Assembly: GCF_964355755.1 (NCBI RefSeq)
Contig: NC_092674.1
Span: forward strand, 9,486,001 to 9,550,000
Direction: 5' to 3'
Origin: Antedon mediterranea
Lineage: Eukaryota; Animalia; Echinodermata
Length of the DNA: 64,000 nucleotides
Position numbers and translations under genes: made by a program
Shown here: positions 41,343 through 54,249 of the stretch, in pieces
Layout of the letters: each line of letters starts with the position of its first letter
Position numbering within the stretch: the first letter of the stretch is position 1
The notes under the pieces: model-generated
Databases searched by the model: none
Seen by the model: the letters and a program-made list of their open reading frames with translations, nothing else
What the model was told of the DNA's origin: nothing

Positions 41343-43239
41343 TTAAGATGTCTCCTCTTCTGCCGTCTGAAGCAGCTTTGGTACCATGTGTCTATAACCA
41401 CAACATTATACCCAAAAGCTAGAGTTTCTTTTTATTTTGCCAATGCCATTTATACTTCATTGTTGACTCTACGCTAACCCGTTGCTTTCCCTCAATGAAA
41501 CTAATCTACCATGCTCTTCGCCATTCTAAATGTTATTACTTAAATATGCTTCAGTTGGCAAAACCGACATCTTTTATATTTTCTTTACTCTATTTCTTTC
41601 CGCTCGTTATATTCATGCCGGTGTATCGCAGGTGTCCGCGTTCTACGGTAGATTTGATATTGTGAAAGACATTCTTTTCATACTTAGGTAAGAAGGTGTT
41701 GTCGAGAGACTGGCCACGATTTGATACTTCAAAAGACCTTATTATCGGCAAATTAACAGAATACAACCATGACTGAATTTCTTCAATTGTTGTCACAGCA
41801 TTTCGAAATACTCTCCATGTAGCAGCCTATATGAAATTGTTGCTTTTTGAAAAAGTATCAAAATGAAAATTCAGTTCTTAGCCCGATACAAAGTCGGCCA
41901 TACACAGTTCCGGTCAATGTTTAATTCTTGGGTGTAGACCTATAGAAAACTCAGATCTCAGACATATCCGAGATCATCGGAGTTATCTATATTCTTATTC
42001 TTTCCACTGGAGCCTATAAAAAACATTAAATGGCATGACGTAGACTATGTAGACTATTATACAGTAGATTGACCCGTGGGCCTACTTTCGAACATCTATA
42101 TTCAGGAATAGGCCTACCCTTATCATTAACAGGAGTTTCTATATAAATAAAATAGAGTTTTAGTACCATGGTTAGTAATATGATAAAGTCTACTATGTGA
42201 GGTGTTTGATCTATAATTTTGAAAAAAGGCGCCGCCACGGTCGGCCTGAACTTGTGACACGATGTTTTAGGAGTAACCGATTTGTGATTATAAAACATCC
42301 ACATTGGAGATAAGATGAGTGTTTACTTTGAAAGTGATCACGTATCTGGGCTTCAAAGAGGGCAGTATAAGCATTATTTTTCATATCAGTGAATCAAATC
42401 TCAAATACAGTAGTTTATAATACATTATAAGGGTAGAGAAAGATAACGCGAATGTTTTTCCGAATTTCGTGTCGTCGTGTCTTGCCAAGAATCATTTTTG
42501 TACAAAACAAATGTTCCCATGGCCATTGTTTACTAAATGAAATTGTTTATATCAAATTCACGAGATTTACAGTGACTGTATTTTATAGCGGGCCCTCTAT
42601 CCAACTTTAATTGTTGCTGGTATCCTTTATTACTTATTTTAGCGCCACCTATCGGTTTATGGTAGAGTTCACACAATAGGTTAATTTTCAAGTACAGTAA
42701 TAGGAAAGATTTCTCTTGATGTAGGCCTACACTGTGTAAAGTAGGTTAAAAGGTCACTATTTAGAGGAGTGTGTTTAAAATAAAATGAAATGTCACTTCA
42801 GTTCAGATTAAACTACTTAAGCGATTTCCTCTTATAATTTTAACTCTTACAAGTAAAAATGTATTCGTTTAGAGTGAAAGCTGTTTCATTCTTAACACCT
42901 ACATGACATTTTTCTTGTTTGGGCCTAAGAAAGTACAGTAAAAAGTTTTTTTGAGTTTGATCCCTATCATGTCTTGAGATTTGGCCAAATTCAGGTCGCA
43001 TCGTAGATTATTTCCTCTATGGTGTAATTAACCATATCTTGGCCGGAGTTCCTTTTATTTGCTGAACTATTGTTATGTGTATATGCGATAACAATAATTA
43101 TACTATTATATAATATAATTATATTATTAAAAATATTATAATTTTTTTTAAAGATTTATTTCAAATAGACCAAAAGCAAACATATTAATAATATGACTCA
43201 TAAGTTGATCACGTGCCGGATTTGTGTGCCGAGTTTTAA

Positions 43240-43614
43240 AGCTCTGTCTACACTACCAAACTAGTTATAGTGCTATAACATCATCATGCCCATAATAATG
43301 ATAATAATATTTTTTCGGTCATCAATGTTAAAATAACCAGGAATGGGAATAGGCTAAAGCCCAAGCAGATTCAGCACTCACTCCATACAATACAAACAGT
43401 TAAGATAAAACCATGTACAAAAAATACAAATAAACTATACATAACATGAAGTATAGTGTTTTGTCAACTCCCTGGTTAGAGCAGCCTTAACTATTGAAAT
43501 TGTTTGTGAATCTTTTATGTCATTTGGTATTTGCTCCCATAGTCTAGGAAAGAAAACAAATACAGAATTATACATTTTTTTTGTCACATAAAGTTTGATA
43601 GTGTAAGCAAGGCT
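43240..43614. mobile_element. MITE family A copy split by a LINE insertion
   Basis: Left part AGCTCTGTCTACACTACCAAA...CATCATCATGCCCAT; right part ACATTTTTTTTGTCACATAAAGTTTGATAGTGTA from ~43572. Confidence 0.8.
43292..43572 (-). mobile_element. 5'-truncated non-LTR retrotransposon (CR1/L2-group) 3' end
   Basis: Minus-strand frame YNSVFVFFPRLWEQIPNDIKDSQTISIVKAALTRELTKHYTSCYV* resembles the 'PRLWN.LP..IK.S.S...FK..L' ORF2 C-terminus; followed by a 3' UTR with a short hairpin and a (TTA)n-like tail. Confidence 0.75.
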
Positions 43615-44334
43615 TTAGATTTGCCAAAATGGAATTGTTTTCTTATGATGTGACAATGGTTTTGTCGCGCAATTTAGTAATAATATCTATTCGAATGATT
43701 AGCAATCTAGTGACCATGTCAAATTATGATCAACTACCGGTACGGGTCAATCCAGTCACGGATTAATAATTATTATTATCCATGATTAGTTTTTGACCAA
43801 TGGTCAGGCTCTATTGCACTACCTTATAGACTGTGTTGTTTCGTTGATGAAATATGTCCTGCTTTTAACAATATATTACACGTAGAAAAATAAAAGTAAG
43901 AACAATGATTGCCTTCCGGAAAGTATGGTGTTTGTGTTTGGTTGCTGGGTTCATAGGTCCATGCTCTGTTAGTATGCCTAATTGTGTGTTATCTAGGCCT
44001 AATGGTGATCTAGGATAAGATTGATCAAAAAACCTTCCTATCATCATACATTTCTTGTTTTTCACTTAAGCACTTCTTAACCATCTTGATTTAAACAAAC
44101 ACTTTGATTGGCCAGATTACAAACCGGATATTATGAATATTATTAATAATACTTTTTTCCATTAAAATCTTAGATGACTTAAAGTAGAAAAACTTTTTTC
44201 ACTTAAGTACTTTTTAACTATGTCGACTTAAGAGCAAAACGATTGCTTGGTAAAAATCACGATATCAACCTAGACCGTACAACACAAAAGTATATGAATC
44301 AACTAATATTATCATTTCAATTTGCTTTCAACAG

Positions 44335-44367
44335 GTCTTCAAATCCCGAGGCATCTACTTTGCCTAC
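44335..44367 (+). CDS. Candidate 33-nt symmetric mini-exon (SSNPEASTLP in phase 2)
   Basis: Strong acceptor TTTCAATTTGCTTTCAACAG and donor TAC|GTAAGT; open in all frames. Confidence 0.5.
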
Positions 44368-45201
44368 GTAAGTTGTTGAAAAAAACTTTCTTATTTGCCT
44401 TCAGGGGTCAATTTAGATACATATATAACGAGCGATATATCAAAATTACACTGATTAGGTATGCATGCATTTTCAAATGACACCTTCGTACGGCAAATAT
44501 AAATTGTTATTTTACTTTCATTAATTGCCAATTTTTCTGAATGTATAGCACACGGTAAAGGAGATACATACAAAAATATGTTGTTTTTTCAACGTAGGTT
44601 TGACACGTGATACATTTATTTATATTTTTAATCCGCATTAATTCATGCACAACGTTTAGCAACCAATTTATCATATTGGCTTACTGGACATAACAATTTC
44701 TACGAATAACATTTTCCCAGTCGCATTACAAATGCAATATGATAATACTTAATATTCTCGACAAAAAAATCGTAACGAAAAACATGATATATTTGATGTA
44801 GCATGCGGCAGGGACTCGTCACATAATGCCAAGATTACAAATTGAATTGTTTGTTAAGATATCGTCAAGATAACGCTTTTGAATAGAGTATTATGGCTAT
44901 AGTATTTATAATAATAATATTTTCCAATGCAAGTTCTGCAGTCAATTAAACATCCATCGGACTAAACCAAAAACAGTTATATTATTATTAACGTTGAGTT
45001 TGCGTTTAATGTTTACGTCGATTAAACGTTATGAAATACATTTTTATCACCGTTATACTTTGCTCATTTCCACAACGTTTCATTTTAGTTTTCATTAAAC
45101 GTTACGTTAACGTCAATGTAATGTCTTTGAAACGTTACCGAGCTAATTGTTTCAACGTTATATTTTGGTTAAATTACTGTAAAACAATAAATGGTTTCTA
45201 A

Positions 45202-45431
45202 AGACATGTCTACACTATCGAATGTTATGCCACCAAAACAAATGTGCCCAGATATACATGATGATGTCATATCAGTACCATATTTGGGGCATATCACACT
45301 ATTTAGTCCGACTCTACAGCTTACTATGTCGGTCGGTTGGTCGGATGGTCGGTCGGTCGGTAAACACTAACTCAAATTTGAGCACGCGACTGCAGCCATG
45401 TATGGTCTTGTTTGATAACGTAGACAGATCT
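45202..45431. mobile_element. MITE family A copy (inverted) carrying a HINE insertion
   Basis: AGACATGTCTACACTATCG ... TTTGATAACGTAGACAGATCT; internal sequence is the reverse of the 41.2-kb copy. Confidence 0.75.
45303..45412 (+). mobile_element. HINE/DINE-1-like element copy
   Basis: CGACTCTACAGCTTA-(GTCG)n-TAAACACTAAC...GAGCACGCGACTGCAGCCATGTATGGTCTTGTT; homologous to 14502-14601; inserted in a T-run. Confidence 0.75.
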
Positions 45432-46951
45432 TTGGGCTCGTTTCCATTGAAAAAGAAGGTTTTCTTCTAAACCGGTTTTAAACCAGTATTTGACGATCGA
45501 AACTGGAATCAAGTAATGTTTTTAAAACGGGTTGTTTTTTTTACAAAGAACCGGTTTCTGTTTGCAGGAAGATACTAAACTTCTAATATCGGTATTTAAA
45601 TCAGTATTCCCTTGTTCAGTAGAAACTGTTATTATTAAATTATAATGTGAGTCGCCATAAATTTAGCGGCTATTACTGCAATTGAGATTGATCTGCATTT
45701 TTCTGCTTCAATTCTCTTTTTCTTAAAAGGCTTTCTATTTGTTCATTTAAGTTATTGTTAAATGTTTGTTTACCATTAATAATTGAATATTTAATTGATA
45801 GTGAGTGATATGATATATTGTTATTGTCAACAATCTAGGTCAAACCATTGGGCATAGTAACTGCATGCTCAAACTACACAAACAGTTAAATAACAATGGC
45901 TGTATGATGTGTAATAATAGCGTGGCCATGATTTGACGGCGAATATAAAGACGCCCGCTATGACATTACGCAAAGAAACAAAATTGCCATGGCAACGCCT
46001 GTATTGGCCGTTATATATAGCTAGCGCAGGGTAAATTTAGTACTAGTTACTGCTCAATTACTGTAATTATCAACGATTTAAATAAATAAATAATGAAAAG
46101 GATTAAACCCAATATGATGCTATTTTATTAATGGTACTTGAAAATGTGCCAAATACGCTCACGAACATTAATGCTAGGTTATTACAATATTTAAAAAATT
46201 TAAAGGTCATTGTATGTTATTATTTTCTACCTATATGTCAATTAGTAATTTAGCTAATAACAAACAAGGATTCAACATTCTTCCTTAAATAAAGTTTTAT
46301 TGTGGTCGCGTACATAAATTAGTTTACGCGTTGCTGCTACGATAATTCGTGATACATTATTAATATAAAATATGTCTGGAAAAAATGATATTAATAGAGT
46401 TCTATCTGACAGCAATAACTATAATTTTTGATATTAATATTATCTGCAGACAATGTGGCTTCCTGTTTCGTTCCTGAACTAACAATATACAACATGTGAT
46501 GATAATTTACAACGATATTCGATGAAAATTAAAGCGCACGCTTTCGTCAAAACCATTAAACTTCGAAATTAATATCTCAAACCTGTCCTGGATTCACAAG
46601 ATACGTTTACAATCACGATGACGTCATTCAAATTATTGCTTCGTTTTATGACAGAGAAGCGACAGATAGATACGTATGAAACTGTACGTGTTTTTTTCTT
46701 AAATCTTACCGCCGTTTACTTAAATTTTAGTTAGCAGGTGAACTTTGCTAAGTTGTTCATATTAATGGAAATACTGAACTAGAAAACCATTCAGTGTTAT
46801 ACAATTGCTCGTTGCCATTAGCATGAAACTAATTGTTTATAGCTTCTTGTTTTAAGTATTATGAACTGTGATAAAGTACAACGCAAAAACATGTGTTTAT
46901 TGGTTTCGTCGCGTGAGTATATACCGGTAAGCCTACTGTTACAAGGCATTA

Positions 46952-47396
46952 AGCGTGGTTCCCACTAGTGACGCAACGTAACGCAACGCAGCGACGTTTG
47001 ACGCAAAGTGCTGTTTTGCGTAATCACAAGTGGGAACCGACGACGCAAAATTGCTGAATATCACAGATTTGATTTGCAAACACAATTATCGGAAGAGCAT
47101 TTTCTTACGTTGCGTAGGTTGCGTTATACGTTCCGTACCACGTTTTATGACATTATCTGTCTATTATGATAGGTACATTCGGTAATACATTGTCTCATAT
47201 ATATCATATGTGGTGTTTAGGAGTAGGTAACAGGTTAGGCTTATAGCCTGTATTTGCCCCCGCCTGCGTGAAATCAAATCTGCATGTTTGCAGCACTGTT
47301 GCGTCGTCGGTTCCCACTTCTGATTACGCAATACACTACTTTGCGTCAAAACGTCGCCGCGTTGCGTTACGCTGCGTCGCTAGTGAGAACCGCGTT
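46952..47396. mobile_element. 445-bp long-TIR relative of MITE family B
   Basis: ~120-bp inverted arms from AGCGTGGTTCCCACTAGTGACGCAACG to CAGATTTGATTT; TTA/TAA flanks. Confidence 0.88.
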
Positions 47397-48721
47397 TAAC
47401 TTAGGCCCTATAAATTTTATAAAAGTTGACATACGTGCCTGGTGGTAAAACCGTGACCATGCGGTAATCAAACGGTTTGCAAAACACGTGAACCTGCAAT
47501 ATTTTTTTAATTAAGTCATTCTTTTTGCAAAAACAAATCATCGTTACACGTGGATCAAATTTTAGTTTGAAGGTGATGCGTACTCAATACACATGATAGT
47601 AAATTCAAACGGAAGAGCTGGATGCACGGTGTTGATTTTAAATTCTGCTATTGTTAAAATCTGAGTGACAAGTCATCACGCTTGTTAAAATCGACGTTAC
47701 GCAGATTAGATATGTTAAAGAAGTATAACAATTTGAAACAAATCTATGTAAATAACAGAAATTGTACAAAACAGTATGGAATTCATTATGTCGATCAGAG
47801 AACGGAAAATTCTTGTTAAAATGTTAAATTCGTTACAGATTTTCCTACGAGTTTATTAGTGTTAAGTTCTTAGTTTCTGGTTATAATAAGCTATACATTT
47901 ATTTCCTAATCATTGTTATTATATTCCATTCCTTTAATAAGTGAGATAGTATGCGCATTGTCAATACAAGCCGTCAAACGAAGTCTCAAACAAAATGAAG
48001 GTGTCATAGTTTATCAGATGAGTTCCTTGACACCAGTGTTGCCACTTCTCTTATAGTTTGTATTATTGTATTGTATCTTGTACTAAATGAGAAAATTTGA
48101 ATTGTAAAAAGTGTTTTAAAATCACTCCTAGAACAAATACCAAAGTAAAGCAATTATTTACCTGCATGCACTTACGGTACCAAACATTCAGTTGATAAAA
48201 GTAATCAGTTTACCCTAAAGAATGCATTTTCTATAGTGGCAAAATCAGTGAGGAATTCGTTTCTAAAGTAATTTCTCCATGGTAACATTATATATCGCCA
48301 AAGCGAGTTCAGAATAAAATGTTTACATGCATTCCAAACCAGTTCACTTTCTCGTCTGATCGTTCCCACAGTGCACCGTGATTACTTACTTGAACGCGAA
48401 TTCTTTTCAAATTCAGTCTTTTTAGCAACAGCTGACTTCCCGAGTGCGATATTGTTTTCCAAACAGCGGTTATTCCTACTGTTTTTATTTTCTAACATTC
48501 TACATAGTTCTGCAGTGGTTTAAACATGGAAGAGTAAGTAGAAATATATTTATTAGTAGTTTCTATCAGTATTCGGTTGACTTCAAATGATTAAGGAGAT
48601 ACGGTGTTAACTGTGATTTTAAAGTGATGATAACAATAAAGAGCAATTCCAAGTAAACAGACAGATATTGAGATTTCAACGTTTTGAAGATAATTTTAAA
48701 GAATCTTACTAACCGAGTCTC

Positions 48722-49148
48722 TTTTTGCCGAATTTAGTTTGCCGAAAATCGGTTCGCCGAATTCAGTTCGCGCAGCCTCTTTTTGTCGAATTTAGTTTGT
48801 GAAGTTCAGTTTTCCAAAACTCGGGTACCGAATTCGGTTCGCCACGCCTTGTTTTGCCGAATTCAGTTTCCCGAAAATCGGTTCACCGAATTCAGTTGTT
48901 AAATTCGGATTACCAAATTCGGTTCCTTTTTTTGCCGAATTCAGTTTGCCGAAAATCTTGTCATCGAAATCAGTTTGTTAAATCCAGTTTTCCAAACATC
49001 GGGTTACCTAATTCGGTTCTCCGAAACTCTCTTCACAGAAATCAGTTTGTTAAGTTCGGGTTACCGAATTCAGTTCGCCCAGCTTTTTTTTTTGCTGATT
49101 CAGTTTGCCGAAAATCGGTTTGCCGAATTTTGTTTGCCGAAAGTCTCT
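48722..49148. repeat. Degenerate ~15-bp periodic array (GCCGAATTCAGTTT / GCCGAAAATCGGTT), likely transposon-derived
   Basis: Repeated CCGAA-T/A-rich modules with higher-order blocks; ends GCCGAAAGTCTCT. Confidence 0.8.
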
Positions 49149-49908
49149 AAAATGAAGAGTTCTTTAGGCCTATAACGTATCAGAGTGAGATACACACTAT
49201 TTCCTGTTTAACGCTTTTCTTAATTAAGTTAAACATGCCGCTGTCAATCATGGCATCCGAAAGATGCATCAATTCAAATAAGTAATTTGCATGCTTGTAT
49301 CAAATAACTAATTTTAATTATTAATTTCGTTTGATACAGTGAATTCTAATATAATAAATTTCAGCCAGTTTATCAAATAACTCTATCCATAGTAGGCCTA
49401 ATGTTATTCTTTATTGTATTCCAGGCCAACAGCGAATCATCGCCACTAACAGGCTGGTAAAAATCAGAATAAAAACTACTTTAGATAAAAAATATCTGTC
49501 AGTCAATCAGCTATTCGTTTCAATTCAATTTAGTTGAGACAATCTTTCCATATTTTTTCTAAAAGAATTAGTGTAATTCAAAATACAATGTTATCTTTCT
49601 GAAGTTGATACAATTAGATGTTTATTATCTCAACTAAATGAGTTTTGCAAAATTCTGCACCGATCATAAAAATAAATTCCACATTCGGTATTAAGGAAAT
49701 GTAATTTCCTTCAATTTACGGCACTTCACTCAAAACTTTTTAATTATAAAAAAACAATTGCATACGTTGCTACTTTGAATAACAATTATTCATGGTTACT
49801 TATAATATAACTCATTAATTACACATTAGTTAACTTCGGGGGTATTTGTCAATAAACTACGGTCGAAATCTAACTTGGTTCACCCGTAGAGTAATTATAT
49901 TTCTATGG

Positions 49909-50127
49909 TTTGTCAAATTCAGTTTGTTAAATTCAGTCTTCCAAAACTTTGGTTACTCGGATTTTAGTTCGCCCAGCCTCGGTTTGCTGAATTAAGTTTG
50001 CCGTAACTCAGTATGCTGAATTAGCCTAAATTTGCCGAAACTCAGTTTGCCGAAAACCGTTTGGCCGAATTCAGATTGTATAAAACTCGGTTTGCTGAAA
50101 CTTGGTTTGCTGAAACTAAGTTTGCCT
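49909..50127. repeat. Second block of the same ~15-bp array
   Basis: TTTGCCGAAACTCAG / TTTGCTGAA modules in the same orientation as 48.7 kb. Confidence 0.7.
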
Positions 50128-50305
50128 AAATAAACAAAGGCAGCATAACTGGTTATTCTAATATAGGATAAAAACTGTTTTTTTGTTTTATGTGGGAAAA
50201 ATGCATATTTATCCAGTTATCGTCGATACGACGTATTTTTATTTCATAAATACAATATAAGTACCATACTGTACATCTTCGATATAGGCCTACCCTCAGT
50301 ATAAC

Positions 50306-50327
50306 CAGGGAATTTCACTCTTCCCTG
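50306..50327 (-). mobile_element. 22-bp CAGGGAAGAGTG-type mini-element
   Basis: GTATAAC-CAGGGAATTTCACTCTTCCCTG-GTATAGG (5/7 flank match). Confidence 0.5.
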
Positions 50328-51296
50328 GTATAGGCCTAACCGTGGAGCTATTAATTGTATAGCTCCATAGTATAACCATTGATAACTTTTTACCACATTG
50401 TATAAGTTAAATCTCCCAATAAGCACTTTGTGACCTACCTATTGTGTAAGTCAATCTCTTTTTGTACCGGATGTATTTTTAAATTAGAACTTTAAACCCC
50501 ATTGTGCACCTAATACTGCATTGTGTAAGTAAATTAGCCCAATAAAATACCGCATTGTGTAACTAAGTACCCTAATAAATAAACACTTGGCGGGCACACA
50601 GGTAATAGTTTCTAAATATTAACTAATTTGACATAAGCCAACAAATTACGTCTTGATCCCCACCACTAGTTTTATTGTTTATTCGCGTTTTGCTAAACCC
50701 CGTAAACTCCCACAATACCGCAAACCTCGAAAAACACATATTTTTAACACTTATATTTAAAAACACAAATATTTAAACTCGTCACCATGACGAGTTTGAA
50801 CTAGTCACCAAGACGAGTTATGTAATCCGCGTTGAAATGGTCTCTGCTATCACTAAACACTCAAAAATACGTAATGCACCAAAAATATATATTAGCTCCT
50901 ATTAATTTGTAGTTGAACGTTTTGAGGTCTACAAAAAAAATTTAGTTAGATACACTCTTAAATGAGTGGCTCGCTTCAGTACAGAATGACTAATAATAAA
51001 AAGAAATGAAAAATAGGCCTAAAGAAATAAAAAAAAAAATACTAAAGTACTGCATGTAACATATGAATTATGAATTTTCATCCTTTTTGCTAATATAAAG
51101 TTATTCATTCAAGCGTTTCTTTTTACTTGGAATATATTATTACTGTAGGCCTATATATACTGTAGGCCTACAAGAAAAAAACACAAACTAAAAATAGATT
51201 CAGGAAAACTCAATTAATTCTTGCACATCAAAATTGGTTTCTATTGGGATTCTTAAACATTAAACACATTCTTGTTTAACAATGGTCACTATACAT

Positions 51297-51324
51297 CAGG
51301 AAAGAGTGGAATTACACTTCCCTG
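51297..51324 (+). mobile_element. 28-bp CAGGGAAGAGTG-type mini-element
   Basis: CTATACAT-CAGGAAAGAGTGGAATTACACTTCCCTG-CTATGCAT (7/8 flank match). Confidence 0.55.
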
Positions 51325-51679
51325 CTATGCATGATATTGTTTATCAATTATTACCCATTCAAGGAAAGTTCTGTAGGCCTACGGCATAGAATCGATTTTT
51401 GTTGCTTAGGTAATTATAAATTGATTAATAAATAAACAGCTGGCCCCTTAGCATCGTTTGGCTTATTAATAATATTTAATAAAATACAATGGTTTGAATT
51501 GAAATGACGTCTACACTACCCACAGTGTTTTTATTACTTAACTCCCACAATTGAACATTTCTTTGAATATTTTTGAAATAGAAAATTAATACTGTCTTGT
51601 TTTTCCGTTCACGAATTCATGAGAAATAAAACTGTGCATACATTAATTAATGGTATCAGCATGTGGTCGTATGTATAGT

Positions 51680-51715
51680 CTTGGAGAAATTATTTATATA
51701 AACAATTTCTCCATG
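51680..51715. mobile_element. 36-bp palindrome (18+18) with 7-bp TSD (P-like footprint)
   Basis: GTATAGT-CTTGGAGAAATTATTTAT|ATAAACAATTTCTCCATG-GTATAAT; arms match 16/18. Confidence 0.6.
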
Positions 51716-53331
51716 GTATAATGAATATCCTGTCCATCCTCAACAGTATGGCCAACAGATAGCAGTAGGCCTACACGTTCCTATCTTCCCTTCGAGGCGA
51801 ATGCCTGTATGTATTGCCATTTCTCTCTATATACCGTAATAGTTTACTTTTTTGTTTGGCCTAGCTTTTTTGCTTATTCATTTCGTACCTCTCAGTGAGA
51901 CTGTTACCAATCTTATCTTTTTTTTGTCATAAATGTGCATTTAGAGTAATATTATTGTGTATTGAAATAATGATAATGTAATTAGCCATTAGGCCTACAT
52001 AAAACAATTTTAATAATATTCATCTATTTTTTTTTTCATTTTTTGGGATTTTATTCTTCATAGAAATTATATTTTGGTATGTTTATATAAACTATTGTTC
52101 TTTAACACAGCTGACATGCAGTGCCATTAAATAATTGTAAAAATATCTCTAAACCCAATGCTTAGTATAAATATGGAAGTTACAAAACGAATCATCTACC
52201 TCCATGGTTCAAAGTTTTGGAAGAATCAGTATAATTTATGATTTATTTAGAATTTATAATCATCACACAATGTTTTATGTCTAACAATAATATTCAAATT
52301 CACAGAGCAGGCCTATTTTATTTAACGATTGAAATCATCAAACGTAAACAAAAAATAATAATAACTAACATATTTTTTAACATATGATTCTACAAGAGCT
52401 TTGAGAACAATACTTGGCCAAAATCAATTTCAAACAACAAATAAGAAAAAGAACAAAATTACAAGCAAACACTAGAAATGGGAGTTAAAATGGTATAAAA
52501 AGCGAGAAAACATAATTTATTTGAAAATATAGGCCTACACAGTAGTTAACATGTTTTAATTATGCAAATGTTCAAAAAGTCTCGGTAAACAAAGTAAAAA
52601 AAAGTTGTGACAACAAGTTGAGACCGACATCGCCATTGAAATATTTGAATGTCGTCCCTTGACCAATGGTCTTTACTGTTTTTTGTTTTTATACATTATG
52701 TTGATTTTGGTTGACATAAATGTTGAATTGAATTGAAATTGAATATCATAATAATCTAGAGTTCTGAATTTGGTAATGGGTTTGGTTCGTTCGCGAACTG
52801 ATCATAATTATTATCATGATTTTTATTATAAAGATAGGCCTAACTGTTTGGTTATTCGTTCGATTGATTGTGCAATTGCTGGTTATAAAAACTTAAGGGG
52901 ATGGTTCGTCTCTGGATATAGGCCTCCGACAGATTCGGCAGATTGCATCAGATGAACCGATCGTACAATACGGAAAAATTTGTAGTCCGTAATGTACAAT
53001 ACAGCGCCAGATCATAGATAGTGAAAGTATATGGAAAAAGGTCGCTGAATTTCAAAACAGATTTCAAATTTAAAACACTCATGTACGAACCGTTAAGGGA
53101 AGGGCCCGCTAGGGTAAGAGAGAGTACCCGTGTGTTTAGCAGTCATATTTCATTAATGTTACTGAAATCATAAAGCAACTTTGAAATCGAATCATCCGAT
53201 TTGCCGCATCCGGTGTTACAAAATCAAGTAACATTTTACATGTGTTTATAAGCTAGGAATAAGGATCTGATTTGAACACATGGAAAGGCTGAATAGTGTG
53301 AGTAACTTCCAAAATATTCCTATTTTGTTCT

Positions 53332-53426
53332 CACAATGAACACTGAACTGAACACAATGAACACTGAACTGAACACAATGAACACGGAACTGAACACAAT
53401 GAACACTGGACTGAACACAATGAACA
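53332..53426. repeat. Tandem repeat, 21 bp x 4.5
   Basis: CACAATGAACACTGAACTGAA at 53332, 53353, 53374, 53395, 53416. Confidence 0.93.
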
Positions 53427-53617
53427 ATTGTGTGAACATTTGCTATAACTGTGTTGCCACATAGCTGTACTATAGGCCTACTTTCTATAGGCCTACGTAT
53501 AAGTATATGTTAAAGTCGCACACGTGCCACAGCCCGACACACCCATTACAATGAAAGTTACTAGCCACACTATTTCTGTTTAAAATTAACATTAGGACTT
53601 AATAGCCTATATCTCTA

Positions 53618-53888
53618 TGATGAGCTTATAATCAATGGCCATTACAGAGGCCTAACTGTCGTATTAACTTGGTTAAAATAAAAAGTATTTAATTGTTTTC
53701 TAAACTTTAAAACACTTTTCATATATTTCGACAATTTTAAAATATAGGCACTGAAAATGATAAGATATTTTGATGAGCTCATAAACAGTGGCGATTACAT
53801 ACTATCGTAACTTGGTTGAAATTAAAAGTATTTAAATGTTTTCTAAACTTAAAAAAACACTTTTCATATATTTCGCCATTTTTTAAAT
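53618..53888. repeat. Local direct duplication of ~120 bp
   Basis: TGATGAGCT...AACTTGGTT...TTTTCTAAACTT...AAACACTTTTCATATATTTCG at 53618 and 53771. Confidence 0.85.
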
Positions 53889-54112
53889 TGTTATTTTGAT
53901 AAATTAATCAGTTACGGTACAATCATTTTCCTTTTCACGGAAAACGATCTTCCATTATTTAACAAAACGTTCTGTTCCATAAGTGCATAGCTGCAGTATG
54001 AATTTAGTATTCATGATCAATAATAATCGACAGTATTGTAAAATTTCCAGTCGACTTGTATATTCAAATTTTAAAATATTAAACCTTTGACAATTACCAT
54101 TCAATAAAAATA

Positions 54113-54249
54113 ACATGGCTGCAGTCGCGTGCTCAAGTGTAAGTTAGTGTTTACCGACCGACCAACCTACCGACCGACCAACCAACCTACCGATCGACCG
54201 ACCAACCAACCAAACAACCGACGGACCGACACAGTTAGCTGTAGATTCG
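54113..54249 (-). mobile_element. HINE/DINE-1-like element with expanded microsatellite
   Basis: CATGGCTGCAGTCGCGTGCTCAAG...GTTAGTGTTTA-(CCGA/CCAA)n-...AGCTGTAGA; homologous to the 14.5 and 45.3 kb copies. Confidence 0.75.

Noticed and set aside
41632-41687. Ankyrin-like peptide VSAFYGRFDIVKDIL between AG and GTAAGA
   Set aside because: Single short match without the TPLH motif, and not frame-compatible with the neighbouring candidate exons.
44985-45170. AACGTT-rich patch resembling subterminal repeats of a DNA transposon
   Set aside because: No termini or TSD identifiable; too degenerate to call.
48799-49175. Three overlapping repetitive ORFs
   Set aside because: Stop-poor 15-bp periodic repeat, open in all frames.
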